Below, in pieces: positions 21,311-32,703 of a stretch of DNA of 64,000 nt. Source of the DNA: Candidatus Bathyarchaeota archaeon. GTDB taxonomy: Archaea; Thermoproteota; Bathyarchaeia; Bathyarchaeales; Bathycorpusculaceae. The DNA lies in the NCBI GenBank assembly GCA_963733095.1, contig CAVTBV010000002.1:1-64000 (forward strand), in the 5' to 3' direction. The notes under the pieces were generated by a model. It searched no databases. It was not told the origin of the DNA and saw only the letters and a list, made by a program, of their open reading frames with translations. A program made the translations under genes and the position numbers. The stretch's first letter is position 1. Each line of letters begins with the position of its first letter.

Positions 21311-21625
21311 TTATTTCAGTTGTTCAGCGTAGTTTAATTGTAGATCTGTTATTAGTCTTCGCAAACGTTCAGTCTCTGCGTTGTCTATGTTAGGCTCGAC
21401 TTTATCAACAAGTGCTATTATGCAATCTATGGAAACGTGAGCTTTTGCAAGATCTTTATCTAGTTTATTGGTGCGCGGATCAACCTTTAATCCTATGTAG
21501 CGCCATGCTTTTTCGCTCAATAGCATGATAAATACCTCTATAAGCTGGTAAATGTCTAAAGAAGATATGTCAACAGGACTTGGTTCTTGTTCTTTCTTTT
21601 CAGACTCACTTGGCTTTGAACTCAA
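21311..21625 (-). CDS. DUF1844-like protein
   Basis: AWRYIGL...DLAKAHVSID...LITDLQLNY pattern. Confidence 0.7.
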   Translation of the reverse strand: MSSKPSESEKKEQEPSPVDISSLDIYQLIEVFIMLLSEKAWRYIGLKVDPRTNKLDKDLAKAHVSIDCIIALVDKVEPNIDNAETERLRRLITDLQLNYAEQLK

Positions 21626-21782
21626 CTAAAAACATCTCCCCATCTTTGTTGCAGTCTTACAGTTTTTGTTATCTAAAATTTGACTTATATTTGTAGCGCC
21701 CTCAAATATTCGGTTGAAATTTGACTTGACTAATTGACATTGGGATCGCTGCAATCCTGCAATTTCTTAACTCCTCTGGTTA

Positions 21783-22274
21783 TCAAGAATAGAGCCAGTT
21801 TGTGATTGCTTTGTGCGATACACGTAGAGTTTTTAGGGCAAGGAAAAAAACAAAAATTAACGCCAAAATAAGCACAATTCCACTGAATGCAGGATTCAGA
21901 CGCGCCAAGAAAGGAAAATACAACAAATAAAGAATCACAGTTGAAAGCATATAAAAGAAGTGTTTTGAAACAACGACAGCTTCTACTTTGGTTAATCCTC
22001 TCTTGATTAGGTATTTTCGTGCGGGAAAAACCGAGAAAGCATCAATCAGATTCTTAAAACCGGAAATCGCTCTTGAAAGGAGGATTGTAAATGCAACAAG
22101 AACTATTAGAGTGCATACTACTTCGGAGTTCCAATATAGTGAGGATGCCATTGGAATAAAAACTAATACGCCGAAAAGCCAAATCAACATAGCCGACAAC
22201 AGAAGATGCAAAGTTTTTGCACCATAAAGCCTAAGTGCTTGCTTGAAATTTGTGATCTCTTCAGCTGTACTCAT
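21783..22274 (-). CDS. Membrane protein (paralog of 22336..22968)
   Basis: Four TM segments; LIWLFGVLVFIPMA matches LIWLAGRLIFVPMA in its neighbour. Confidence 0.7.
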   Translation of the reverse strand: MSTAEEITNFKQALRLYGAKTLHLLLSAMLIWLFGVLVFIPMASSLYWNSEVVCTLIVLVAFTILLSRAISGFKNLIDAFSVFPARKYLIKRGLTKVEAVVVSKHFFYMLSTVILYLLYFPFLARLNPAFSGIVLILALIFVFFLALKTLRVSHKAITNWLYS

Positions 22275-22335
22275 TTTTCTTTACGCTTCCAATGGTATAC
22301 ACTAACAACTCAAAAAAATTTGGGAATTAGAGCTT

Positions 22336-22968
22336 TTAATTCTTTCTTGCCTGCTTCTCTATTTCATCAGCCGCTTTTGCAGTGTATTTGCCAACAATGT
22401 TTGCTACTGCTCGGGTGCTTCTATATAACGCGAATATCGCCCAGATCACAATGAGTATCAATAGAATTGCTGGAATTGCTGGGTGTATAGTTGCGAGATA
22501 ATCTGCGAAGAGTAAGTATGTCAGTGACACTATGATAACGTATAATACGCCGTCCAGGGCTGTTCGATAGTTTTTGTATTCTGATTTTTGTACCTCGCCG
22601 CTGGCTTTTCCGAAGTGATAAGCCATTACCCCTGCTAAGCCGCCGGTTAATCTGCGAATATCAATGAACACAGTGAAGATTATTACAGCCAATGCTACCG
22701 CAATAATGGCGCTGACTATTCCTGCAACAGGATAACCTAAAAGTTGCTGTGTTAACCCTTCGGCCATTGGAACAAAAATTAGTCGTCCTGCAAGCCATAT
22801 TAGTATAGCTGCACCAACGGATAGCACCACTCGTGCACCCACCTGCCGCATCGCTCTTGCTGATTCCTCGTACATCTCCACTCTGAACGCTTCGCCTTCG
22901 TCTTCATTTGTCGTTGCTTTGATAATTGGCTCTTTTCTTTCAGTCATAATAAAAACCTCTAAACACAT
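22336..22968 (-). CDS. Membrane protein
   Basis: Four TM segments. Confidence 0.7.
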   Translation of the reverse strand: MCLEVFIMTERKEPIIKATTNEDEGEAFRVEMYEESARAMRQVGARVVLSVGAAILIWLAGRLIFVPMAEGLTQQLLGYPVAGIVSAIIAVALAVIIFTVFIDIRRLTGGLAGVMAYHFGKASGEVQKSEYKNYRTALDGVLYVIIVSLTYLLFADYLATIHPAIPAILLILIVIWAIFALYRSTRAVANIVGKYTAKAADEIEKQARKN

Positions 22969-23054
22969 ATTATGTGGTGAGAAGTAATAAGTGTTTCTAA
23001 GCTTAAAACGAGGGTATAGTATAATTATTAGGATAAAAACTTAAATAATCTGTT

Positions 23055-23588
23055 TTGACTTACTCCACATATGTGTTAGTTATGCTTGGAAAAGTTGTTG
23101 ACGAGTTAGATATTGAACTTCTAAAGCAGTTGCTTGAGGACAGTCGGCAGACCAGTAAAGACTTGGCATTAAAGTTGAAGGCTCACAAAGATACTGTCCG
23201 AAATCGGATAGGCAGTTTAGTTAGTAGAGGAATAGTTGATCGTTTTACAATAACCATCAATCAGGCTAAATTAGCTGAAATGTATCCTTCAATATGGAGT
23301 GTAATTTTTTCAGTCACAGTTCTCAGAGGACGAAATGACCTTGTTAAGGAGTTGCTTGACCATCCGAACGTCGTTGAAGTTGATGAAGCCAACCCAGCTG
23401 CAACTCATGATATAATCGTGTACACACAATTTGGAAATGTTGACGAGTTTGATGAGTTTGCACATTATCTAAAATCAAAATCAAATATCGACCCTACCAA
23501 ACTCGACGTAACGCCAATCCACAAGCAGCACCGTAGAAGAGGAAGAATAATTACCGCAATAACAAATAGCAAAAAAGGGCTTAAATAA
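23055..23588 (+). CDS. Lrp/AsnC family transcriptional regulator
   Basis: DELDIELLKQLLEDSR...TVRNRIGSLVSRGIV N-terminal HTH plus RAM-like domain. Confidence 0.85.
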   Translation: MTYSTYVLVMLGKVVDELDIELLKQLLEDSRQTSKDLALKLKAHKDTVRNRIGSLVSRGIVDRFTITINQAKLAEMYPSIWSVIFSVTVLRGRNDLVKELLDHPNVVEVDEANPAATHDIIVYTQFGNVDEFDEFAHYLKSKSNIDPTKLDVTPIHKQHRRRGRIITAITNSKKGLK

Positions 23589-24781
23589 TTGATAGATTGC
23601 GGCAAAATCGGTTTTCCTTCCACTATCTTTTTCCAGAAAATCTTTTCTCATAACCGAGGGTACTGAGTGGCAAGATTTTTGCTTCCGCACTCTGAGCATT
23701 TATCAACTACTGAGCGCTGACGCGTTTTAGGGGCTTATTGTGTTTTACTCATCTTTCCGAACTCCCTTCCCTTTCTCAGAACCGCCCACCAACCTGCCAG
23801 CTCTTTCCTTGATCTTTTCTAAAAAGAATCTTCAGGTAAATGCCACTCTACATATTATCCTTTATTGAAACTAGACGACTTTCTACTGCCTTTCTCTTGC
23901 AAGAGATTTGGCGCATTTGAACATTTGTAGTGATACAGTAATGCGGTTTCGGCTAAGGGTGTCTCTGATTTCTTTGTTTATTCTTGTGTCGCCTCTGCCC
24001 CTGCTGGCATGGGTCAAAACTATTATTTTCCAATTCTTCATATTGCTCTAATTATCTGAGGATTGCTTGTTAGTTTGTAGAACGGCATTTTTATCTGTGA
24101 AGTATTGAGCTTGATTACGAAGATATGGCAACTACTCGAATTTTCCGCTACATATTGGGCATTCTTTCTTTATTGTTTTTTGAATTATTGGAAGTTGGAG
24201 TGCACAGTAGAAGCAGAAGTAAATCTGGCATTTTTGCAGCAATGGAACCCGCCGCCTATGTATTTGCCGCAAGAATCTCAGAGTATAGATAAATCAATCA
24301 TGTGAGGAGTTTAGCTCGTTTGTTTAATAAAGGAAGGGTTGAAACTAACAAGCAGTTCAGCAGAGGGTGTATTTGAAATGGTTTTCTGCAGGCTTTACGC
24401 TCTTAATGTTATATCGAATAATCTGAGGATTACTTGATGGAATGTAGAAAGGCAATTTTGTTTGGGAAGAATAAAGTTTGAACGGTGAGTATCCAAGCGG
24501 GTGATGATTAGTCCTCTGCTGAGAAATATGTTTGTCCTTTGGGCAAGAAAGGAAAAAATTATTGATTACTTCCTGAGAACCTTTTGATGTTTGTCTGTTG
24601 CACAGTTGCTTGTGTAGGTTGAAAGGGCCTTTTTATCGACTTTTTTCATGGATCGACTTGCATGTGTGTTGGACACTTGAGTCTGGGCAGGCTTTTTAAT
24701 ATGCTTGGGTTATGTGCGAGGGTTTATGTGGCAGTTTATGCATTATGAAGCCAGAAGAAATGTGTCTTAAAAAGACATATT

Positions 24782-25189
24782 GTGTTTCTGTACAACATGA
24801 CGACAGGAGAAAAAAATAAAATGAACAAAAACAGCCAAAAAGAAGTCCAAACAAAACTCGCCAAAGGCCTCTTAGACATGATAATTCTACGATACTTAGA
24901 CCAAAAATCAATGCATGGATACCAGCTCATTACCAACATCCGCAAAGACTTCGGCGTATACTTCGGACCCAGCACGATATACCCTCTTCTGGGGTTACTT
25001 GAGAAAAAGGGTTACATAAAGAATGAATGGAACATGAACACACAAAGACCGCGAAAAGTGTACAGCCTAACAAACGACGGCAAAAGTCTTCTAAGCTTTA
25101 CCGAAAGCTCACTCAGTCTCATTCGCAAAAATCTAGAAAACAACAACACAACCCAAATCCAAACGACCCCGATGCTATCAGTTAGGTAA
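24782..25189 (+). CDS. PadR family transcriptional regulator
   Basis: MHGYQLI, GPSTIYPLL, RPRKVYSLT. Confidence 0.9.
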   Translation: MFLYNMTTGEKNKMNKNSQKEVQTKLAKGLLDMIILRYLDQKSMHGYQLITNIRKDFGVYFGPSTIYPLLGLLEKKGYIKNEWNMNTQRPRKVYSLTNDGKSLLSFTESSLSLIRKNLENNNTTQIQTTPMLSVR

Positions 25190-25450
25190 TTAACTATCAC
25201 CGTTGCTTTGTGCAGACTGTATCGAAGTTAACTTGAAAGATAGTATACAAAAAGACCCAAGGCAATTGCTATAACCAATTACAATCTGTTGTACTCTTTT
25301 CTTATTTTCCCTTTGAAGCAGTTAAAAATAATAATTGTAGCCTAAAACAGAAAAACATAATCTTTAAGGATGATATATCAAACCGACGATCCATACCAGT
25401 GGTGATTATTCATAAAAATAGTTACAAAAGTAGTTACAACTCAAAGTGAA

Positions 25451-26551
25451 TTGAGCAAAATAAAAAAAGACTTAGATCTTTTCTTAAAAAGCTATTGTGA
25501 AAACCCCTTCTATCTATACCCATTTATCGAAAACTATATGAAAAACTTTTGTCAAGATTCTTTACCGCTCATTTTAGTAAGCAGCATAGACGATAAAATT
25601 GTAGGGTTGGCACCATTAAAGTTAAAAAAAACTTTGGTTTTTCAAAACGTGGTTTTTCTTTTGTCGTTTGAGCATTCATCAGACTTTATTGTTAATGAAG
25701 AGTACAGAGAAGATGTTCTGCACAATTTTATTCAGATTATCTTTAATAAAATAAAGTGCAAGCAAATAGTTCTAGATTTGCCATCGGAATCAAAAAATCT
25801 GTCTGTTTTAACAAACGTTTGTTCAGATTGCAAGCTAACATTCAAAAAGCAATACATAGAATCAATGAAGCATGATCTTATTTCAGTTCAAGGTTCTTTT
25901 GATGAATTTGAAAAATATCTGGGAAGTGAGACCAAGAAGAAATTTAGACGAATGTCCAGAAATCTCGACAAAATGGGTCCTTGGAAATTTAAGCTCGTTG
26001 ACGACTTGCTCAATAATCAAAACGCTCAAGACACATTCGACAAAATTATAGCTATTGAGAAAATGAGTTGGAAACAAAATTGGCGATTACAAACTGGTTC
26101 AACAGTTGACAAAGCGTTGCTATGGGCTTGGGCCTCCTCGATTTCAGTTGCAAATACTAATCCGGATTTTAGGTTCAAAATTTGGTTTTTGGAGCTAAAT
26201 GATCAAGCTATTGCGTACGACTCAGTTATTGAATACAAAGGAACAGCGTATTTTCTAAAGACCTCCTATGCGGAGAAATATAAGCAACTCTATCCTGGAA
26301 TCTTAATCTGCAACTTTTTGATTTCAGAACAATTTAGAAGACGAGAAATTAGAACTATCGATTTTCTAACCAGTTTTCCATACATGAAAAGATGGCATGT
26401 TATTTGCGCGCCCAGAGTCCGATTAACATTAAGCAAAGGCGTCATATCGAATTTTTTCGCATCAAACCTAATTGACCCGCTAAGCAAATTCTCGATAGCG
26501 ATAAAACGTGGAAGAATAGATATTTTGGCGTATCTTAGGTCGCTTCATTGA
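25451..26551 (+). CDS. GNAT-family (CelD/BcsL-like) acyltransferase
   Basis: IVGLAPL, FLKTSYAEKYKQLYPG, IDFL...YMKRW. Confidence 0.75.
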   Translation: MSKIKKDLDLFLKSYCENPFYLYPFIENYMKNFCQDSLPLILVSSIDDKIVGLAPLKLKKTLVFQNVVFLLSFEHSSDFIVNEEYREDVLHNFIQIIFNKIKCKQIVLDLPSESKNLSVLTNVCSDCKLTFKKQYIESMKHDLISVQGSFDEFEKYLGSETKKKFRRMSRNLDKMGPWKFKLVDDLLNNQNAQDTFDKIIAIEKMSWKQNWRLQTGSTVDKALLWAWASSISVANTNPDFRFKIWFLELNDQAIAYDSVIEYKGTAYFLKTSYAEKYKQLYPGILICNFLISEQFRRREIRTIDFLTSFPYMKRWHVICAPRVRLTLSKGVISNFFASNLIDPLSKFSIAIKRGRIDILAYLRSLH

Positions 26552-26800
26552 GACAAGATTTTCTCAAATTCGCTAAAAAAACAATTACCCTTACCAAAAT
26601 TACACATCGTTTGCAGTTTCTAAAGAAGAGTTAGTTTTTCTATTTTCTGCAATAATACTGCTATAACTTTTCCTCTTTAGGAAAGCAGAAAGACCGTTTA
26701 TAGCAAATTAGTGTTCCAGCTTTGGAACAATTTTTGCTTAGTTGTTCCATCAATAGACCTAAGAATAACCTACTGCTTGCTTTAATGTTGGTGGAACTGT

Positions 26801-26989
26801 TTGGACAAAAAAAACAACAGTTACAATATTAGCCGCCTTAATGCTTGTTTCAATTTCAACACCTTTGAATACAGCTCCACTTTTCTTGCACAGACAAGCT
26901 CACCTGCCCCAAAGGCAACCCCGAGTCAAACGCCAACAATCCCAGTGCTTCTCATTGCTGCTACAATAAAACGATATAGCCGTCTCTAA
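26801..26989 (+). pseudogene. Internally deleted surface-protein remnant (signal peptide plus Pro/Thr linker)
   Basis: After the A-run frameshift reads TTVTILAALMLVSIS (signal-like), then SSPAPKATPSQTPTIP-VLLIAATIKR. Confidence 0.4.
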
Positions 26990-27044
26990 ACCAATGATTG
27001 ATGGAAAACCCAGATTTCCAATCACCCAATGCAAAGGTAAAAAC

Positions 27045-27833
27045 ATGACTGCTGAAATGCCAAAAAAGCATTCAAGGAACATCTTAATTGCCATTGTCCT
27101 AATTGCAGCATTGGCGATTTTTTGGGATTTTTGATTATCTTCGTTATTAATGGTGGCTTGACAACACCCGGCACATCCAACAATGGCACTGAGCTGAAAA
27201 CGCCCTTTGACTTCAGTATGTCCTCTAGCAATTCAAGCTGTTTATTGAAGCAGGGAAACCGTTCAATTCACAATCTATGTTTCCAAAATCAATGGCTCTG
27301 CCCAGACAGTTAATCTAACTTCGGATGCCTACATAAGTGGAATATCATGCTATTTTAGTCCATCTTCGGGCGAGGGAAACTTTTCCAGTATTGTAACAAT
27401 AGCAGTGTGGAATTCTACTGTCTCAAACTTATACAAAATAAACTTTACAGCAACCAGTAACACAACAAGCCACAACCTACCTTACGATGTTGATGTGCTA
27501 AGTTCAAAAGTGCAAGTTTTGGGGCAAGTAGTATTTTCAGGGTATGGTCCGCCGGCTACAGTTTATCTTCGTTCAATAACTTTTATTGATTCAAAAACAA
27601 ATGAAACGATTACGGCGTCGTACAGTGATGATGGAATACACTATGGGGCTTCTTTAGACAACAAACATGGTTATGGAGTTAATATTGTCTGGCAGTATCA
27701 CGTTTTAGGACCCAATGCTTTTGGTCACCAACCTCAAAAAGTGGGTTCATACAGCAGTGGCATATACGTTAATGCAAAAGTGGGTCAAGACACAATGAAA
27801 CAGGATTTTTCTGTTACAATTAACTATCCATAA
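27045..27833 (+). pseudogene. Frameshifted membrane-anchored exported protein
   Basis: N-terminal TM (ILIAIVLIAALAI) broken in a T-run; fragments 27122..27313 and 27405..27833. Confidence 0.45.
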
Positions 27834-28327
27834 CCTTAACTTTATTCTCGCCAGACCATTTCTGTGTAGCAGTTCTTATTGGTCAGAGAGAAAGACCAAT
27901 GGTTTTGAAATACAAAAAATAGGTAATTAACAGTATATTTGCTCCTATAGAGCGTCAATTCCCATCGGACCAGCTTCTCCAATGGGACAGGGCTTAGTTT
28001 TATAAGAAAGACTGCCAGTCTGAAGGTAAAAGGTAATTGTCATGGAAACCTACACTTTGAACCATAAACTGGGTATGGAATCGTACCTCAACTCAAGAGT
28101 CCATCCCAGTACTAGAGTTTAAGTTCAGTTCGTACTTCGCTTTGATCGGCATTAAAAACTCTCAATTTCTACCCAAGAGCAATTCTTTTCATCATTAAGC
28201 ATTCTTCAATCATTTTATTTCCCTTAAAAAAAGGGAATTGTGTGCGTAGAATGGTGACATCACCATGAAAGCGAATGCGAAATTGTACCATAGCTTTTAA
28301 GATGTTATTAATTGCCCAGTATGTTTC

Positions 28328-28846
28328 CTAACATACGATTTCGTAAAAAGTGGCTGATGGGCCTTCTGATGTTAGAAGCCTAATTTGGTAAGTGTGGGCA
28401 AATACGATGTGGTCTGTTAAGGTTAGGAGCAATTCTACGTTGGAGTTTGCCGGAACTGTTACGGCTTTTTCTAGGGTTGCTGGGTAATCGTTAACGAAGA
28501 CGCTAGTGATGGTGACTTGTGATGTGTCATAATTGGATATTAAAACCAAGAACGACCCTGCCGTTAAGTTGGTTTGTACTTTTGTTATCGATAATTTATC
28601 AGTTTTGGGTGTGATGTTGTTTGATTCTGGCAAAGGAGTTTCTGTTGCGAGTGGGAGAGATGTTGGAACAATGCTTGCTATGGCCTTTGAAGTCGGTATA
28701 TCGATGTTAGTTGTGTTTGCTGTATCTTGAGTGGATGGTGGGGTTACCAGAATACTCAGGACTAAGCAATTCAAGATGGCTGCAAAGGCTACCAAAATAA
28801 TTAATGTTGAATACTTTTTGTCCATGTTATTTCTCGTTACTTTCAT
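28328..28846 (-). CDS. Membrane-anchored exported protein
   Basis: N-terminal TM, Pro/Thr linker, Ig-like C-terminal domain. Confidence 0.6.
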   Translation of the reverse strand: MKVTRNNMDKKYSTLIILVAFAAILNCLVLSILVTPPSTQDTANTTNIDIPTSKAIASIVPTSLPLATETPLPESNNITPKTDKLSITKVQTNLTAGSFLVLISNYDTSQVTITSVFVNDYPATLEKAVTVPANSNVELLLTLTDHIVFAHTYQIRLLTSEGPSATFYEIVC

Positions 28847-29101
28847 CGTGAGCTGAATGGTATAATGTTTATGAATTTGAAATAAATATTCTAATTAAAA
28901 TCATTAAAGAAACATTTGGTGTTGTGAATTTAGTCATTTTAACTTTTTTTAGTTTACATTGATGTAGCTTTGATGTGTCATGTTTTTAGTTGTTCTCTGA
29001 TTTGACTTTGTTGTTAATCCTGTTGAACAGTTGATGTGGGTTAGCGACAAGCAATAAGGTTTATTAATATTTGCGATACAAATTTGTGGTGGTAGATCAG
29101 A

Positions 29102-29743
29102 ATGAACGATAAACTTCGAGAAAGCTTACAATACCTAAAACAATGCACAATCATAGAAAATGAAGCTTTCAAGCTCTACGAAACAATATCAAAAAAGCTT
29201 AACCAACCAGAAAGCAGCTTTATTTTGGGAGTCGCCTACAACAGCTTAAAAAACGCGAAAATTATTCAAGGAATCCTTGACAGCTTTGACATAACCGAAC
29301 TTGAAAATAAAAATATCCGAAAAGAATTAGCCGAATTAACTACCGAAATTACCCTACTCGAAAGCAAAATTTCCAAAATTAACAACTTAGAATACCTAGT
29401 TTCCTGTGAAATTCTAAAAGAAACAATAAGTCTTGAATCTCTCCTAAACAAGGTCTACGCATACTATCTTGAATCGAACCTAGGCAAACTCATCGCCGAT
29501 GAACTATCAAGAACCGGAACAGTAAACTGGATAAGTTTCAAGAAAGTTTTTGAACATTTCACTGAAGAAAAAGAAAAGAATAAAGAAGCCATCATCGAAA
29601 GCGTATACGTTCTCGAAACAAAAGAAACAGAGACCCGCAGACAAATTACGCCAATAGTGAAATATCAAAATCCTGATACATGGGTTCGCGAATCAACAAT
29701 CTCTTCCTTCTCTAATTTTGCTGTTGTACCAAACGGATCATAA
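29102..29743 (+). CDS. Hypothetical ferritin-like helical protein
   Basis: IENEAFKLY and EEKEKN helical pairs. Confidence 0.5.
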   Translation: MNDKLRESLQYLKQCTIIENEAFKLYETISKKLNQPESSFILGVAYNSLKNAKIIQGILDSFDITELENKNIRKELAELTTEITLLESKISKINNLEYLVSCEILKETISLESLLNKVYAYYLESNLGKLIADELSRTGTVNWISFKKVFEHFTEEKEKNKEAIIESVYVLETKETETRRQITPIVKYQNPDTWVRESTISSFSNFAVVPNGS

Positions 29744-29864
29744 GGCTGAAGCTAGGCGTGAATCTCCACTGACGATCTGCACGTACTTTTGGTGTGAACG
29801 TTGTGCACTTTGTTGACATTGCTGGCAAGTGGTGACGTCATCGAGAAATAATTCGGAATATTCC

Positions 29865-30122
29865 CTAAAGTTTCTTGTAAACAACGTCTTTTTCTTTTGC
29901 CACTTGCACCAGTTTTAATCCTACGCTTTTTCCGCCTTCTGCTCTTTGAATGTCCTTGCGTTCAATTTGCATCGAGTCGACGGTTTGGCTAAAATCAGTT
30001 AAGGGTCCTTTTATGAGGATGTGGTCGCCGACTGAAAGAGGGAGCGTTAGTTCTATTATTGCAACGTTGATTTTTGAAAAGAAATGAGTAACAACCCCTA
30101 TCTCAATTATGGCTTCTTCCAA
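29865..30122 (-). CDS. Small beta-barrel protein (translation elongation factor-like / U32 peptidase C-terminal-like)
   Basis: IGVVTHFFSKINVA..LSVGDHILIKG..QTVDSMQIE..VGLK; probable TTG start at 30122. Confidence 0.75.
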   Translation of the reverse strand: MEEAIIEIGVVTHFFSKINVAIIELTLPLSVGDHILIKGPLTDFSQTVDSMQIERKDIQRAEGGKSVGLKLVQVAKEKDVVYKKL

Positions 30123-30286
30123 GCACTTTACCCATTGCTTATTTGTGCATGTCGCAATAAAAGATTTGCTTTTTCTGTTGACCAATTAGTTATTTTTTTG
30201 TGTTTGAAGCATTTTAGAGTGTATGTTTCTCTATATTAAACTAATCAAATATAGAAAAGAGAAAATAGAACGGTATTTGTTATTTT

Positions 30287-30460
30287 TTACCAGCTTGACG
30301 TCGCGTCATCACCAGTTTGTTCCAATGCTTTCTTTTCTTCTTCTCCAACATCCGGAGGAATGGCCACTTGTTTTTTGCCTTCTTGGATTATTTCGCGCTT
30401 CTTTTTCTTTTGTTCGATTACAAATTCACCTTTGTCGTTTTTCTCTGGAAAAACAGTCAC
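30287..30460 (-). CDS. Unannotated 57-aa charged peptide ending ...TGDDATSSW
   Basis: Open frame from a GTG overlapping GGAGGTGA to TAA at 30287. Confidence 0.4.
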   Translation of the reverse strand: MTVFPEKNDKGEFVIEQKKKKREIIQEGKKQVAIPPDVGEEEKKALEQTGDDATSSW

Positions 30461-30736
30461 CTCCAAAACAGGATTAACAAAAAAGCGTTCTTTTTACCTA
30501 TAGTAACTAAATATGCTTTGAGGTATTAACTTGCGTGACTGTGAAGAGACAACAACAGGCAAATTTTGGTGAAATACTTGCAAGGCTATTTGGTTTTTAT
30601 AAGATAATTGGATTTTGATTTGTTAGTTTTGGTTGTATTTAGGAATGTTAATATGATTCCGGATGAAGAAAGTTATAATGGATAATTGAACCAGTAGTTA
30701 GTACAAACTTGAAAAGTTTGAAGGGAAGGCGGGGAA

Positions 30737-31024
30737 ATGAACTTAAAACTTTACGCAATCAAAAATGGAAGTCAAATCAACCGTATCCAACTAGTGGTTG
30801 TTGACTTAGACAAAAGCAAATATTACCCATTAAACTTCGTTTGTGTCCTGCCACGATACTTCCGCATACTGGAAAAACGCTCCAGCAAATTCGCCAAACT
30901 CTTCGGAGAAAAAAGCCTCTGTATGGCAAAAAAACTCCTATTCGATGCTCAACACAATGAAGATGACCCTGAAATTAAAACAGTCATAAACAAACGCATA
31001 AAAGACATCGACTCAAAACAATAA
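30737..31024 (+). CDS. Hypothetical protein
   Basis: 95-aa ORF with purine-rich RBS. Confidence 0.55.
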   Translation: MNLKLYAIKNGSQINRIQLVVVDLDKSKYYPLNFVCVLPRYFRILEKRSSKFAKLFGEKSLCMAKKLLFDAQHNEDDPEIKTVINKRIKDIDSKQ

Positions 31025-31052
31025 ATCCCAAATGCATAGTTTTTAGACAAAT

Positions 31053-32267
31053 TTAGGGCTTGCCTGAATTGAGAAGAAGTGAAATAATATAATCATTATC
31101 CACTAAACCGAACGCGCCCTTCTGCGCCGAGGTTTCATCAAACTTTTTGACTCCGTCAGGCTTCAAAAATGGTGAGGCAATGGAAAACGGTACGGGTTCT
31201 CTTGAATGCGTTCCAATTTTGATGGGTGTAGGGTGGTCGGGCAAGATAGCAACAGCGTAAGGTTCACTCATTCCCTCAAGAATTCTGCCGAGCAACCTCT
31301 TATCCAAGTCCTCAATTGTTTTCACTTTCAGATTGTAATCTCTACAATGTCCCGCTTCATCTGGCGCTTCAACATGCACAAAAACCAAATCATTGCTTCT
31401 TAAAGCTTTTAGTGCAGCATCGGCTTTGCCTTCGTAATTAGTATTAGCCAAACCAGTGGCTCCTTGGACATTTATGATTTCCATGCCCGCGTAAGTTCCA
31501 ATGCCTTTCACTAAATCGACAGCGGAAATAACAGCCGATTTTAAGCCGTATTTTTCTTTGAGCTTTGGCATGGAGGGTTTTTTGCCGCCGCCCCAAGGCC
31601 AAATTAGGTTTCCCGGTGGTTTGCCCGCTTTTTCTCTTTCAATATTGACTGGGTGAGAGCGAAGAACGTTTCTTGACCCTGCAATTAGGTCCCTGAGCAA
31701 CTTTGCATTTTTTTCTGCCGCTGGCGCTTTGGCTTTTGGCAAAACCTCCGAGACTGCAACTCCCGCGGCGTCATGTGGTGGAGTACATTCGATAAGTTCT
31801 GGGTTTGGGAAGTTGCGCAGAATCAAAAAGTGCCTGTAATCTAAACCTGCGTAGAATTCTATTTGGTTGGGTTTTTCGAAGGCTTTTCTTATAGCTGCGA
31901 TTAACTGTGATGCTTCGTTTGTGGTTATGTGTCCCGCGGAATAATCTGCGATTGTACCGTTTTTTTCGTTGATTAGGTTGCATCTGTAAGCGGTGTCGTT
32001 TTCACCAAGTTTTATGCCTCTTGATGGAGCTTCTAGGGGACCTCTACCCGTGCAGTATAATCTTGGATCGTAGCCCAAAACTGAGCATATGGCTGCATCG
32101 GAACCTGGTGTGCACTCGTCTGGAACAGTCTTAATTAAGCCGCTTCTGCCTCGGGCTGCTATGCTGTCCATGTTTGGTTTGTTGGCAACTTGAAGCGGGG
32201 TTTTGTTTCCCAGTTCTGGAACGGTGTAATCCGCCATTCCGTCTCCGACGATGAGTAAATACTTCAT
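31053..32267 (-). CDS. apgM: Cofactor-independent phosphoglycerate mutase (archaeal ApgM type)
   Basis: GDGMAD, PGSD, TGRGPLEA, HVEAPDEAGH, PDHPTP. Confidence 0.93.
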   Translation of the reverse strand: MKYLLIVGDGMADYTVPELGNKTPLQVANKPNMDSIAARGRSGLIKTVPDECTPGSDAAICSVLGYDPRLYCTGRGPLEAPSRGIKLGENDTAYRCNLINEKNGTIADYSAGHITTNEASQLIAAIRKAFEKPNQIEFYAGLDYRHFLILRNFPNPELIECTPPHDAAGVAVSEVLPKAKAPAAEKNAKLLRDLIAGSRNVLRSHPVNIEREKAGKPPGNLIWPWGGGKKPSMPKLKEKYGLKSAVISAVDLVKGIGTYAGMEIINVQGATGLANTNYEGKADAALKALRSNDLVFVHVEAPDEAGHCRDYNLKVKTIEDLDKRLLGRILEGMSEPYAVAILPDHPTPIKIGTHSREPVPFSIASPFLKPDGVKKFDETSAQKGAFGLVDNDYIISLLLNSGKP

Positions 32268-32703
32268 TTGATTGGCTCCTTGTTAATTGAGGGTTTGACA
32301 GTTCTTTTCAAGATAATACAACCGTGTATTTATCTACTTACGTGCAGTGTCAAATAATTTGTCTACCTTAAAAAATTGGCTTTAATTCAACAACAAAGCG
32401 ATTGTGTGATTGTTTGGGATACCAACAAATCTATTTAAGAAAACAGCAATCCTATAATTAATCTAGTTAACGAAGGAGAAGTTACTGAACTTTTTACTGC
32501 TACTTCCTGGCAATGGTTTACGTATATGCTCTTTTGTTTTATGAAGCCTTAACCTCAAGACTGAATCAAAATGAACTCAAAAGTTTGAACCTTCGGAAAT
32601 CAGTGGTAACTGTTTGCTTTTGTTGCGTACTTTTGATTTTGGATTAATAATCTTTAATTCAACCCATCGTATATATTGTGTATTTACTGATAATATTCGC
32701 TAA

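Noticed and set aside
23600-24700. Long intergenic region, possible pseudogene or ncRNA
   Set aside because: No recognisable homology or convincing structure by eye
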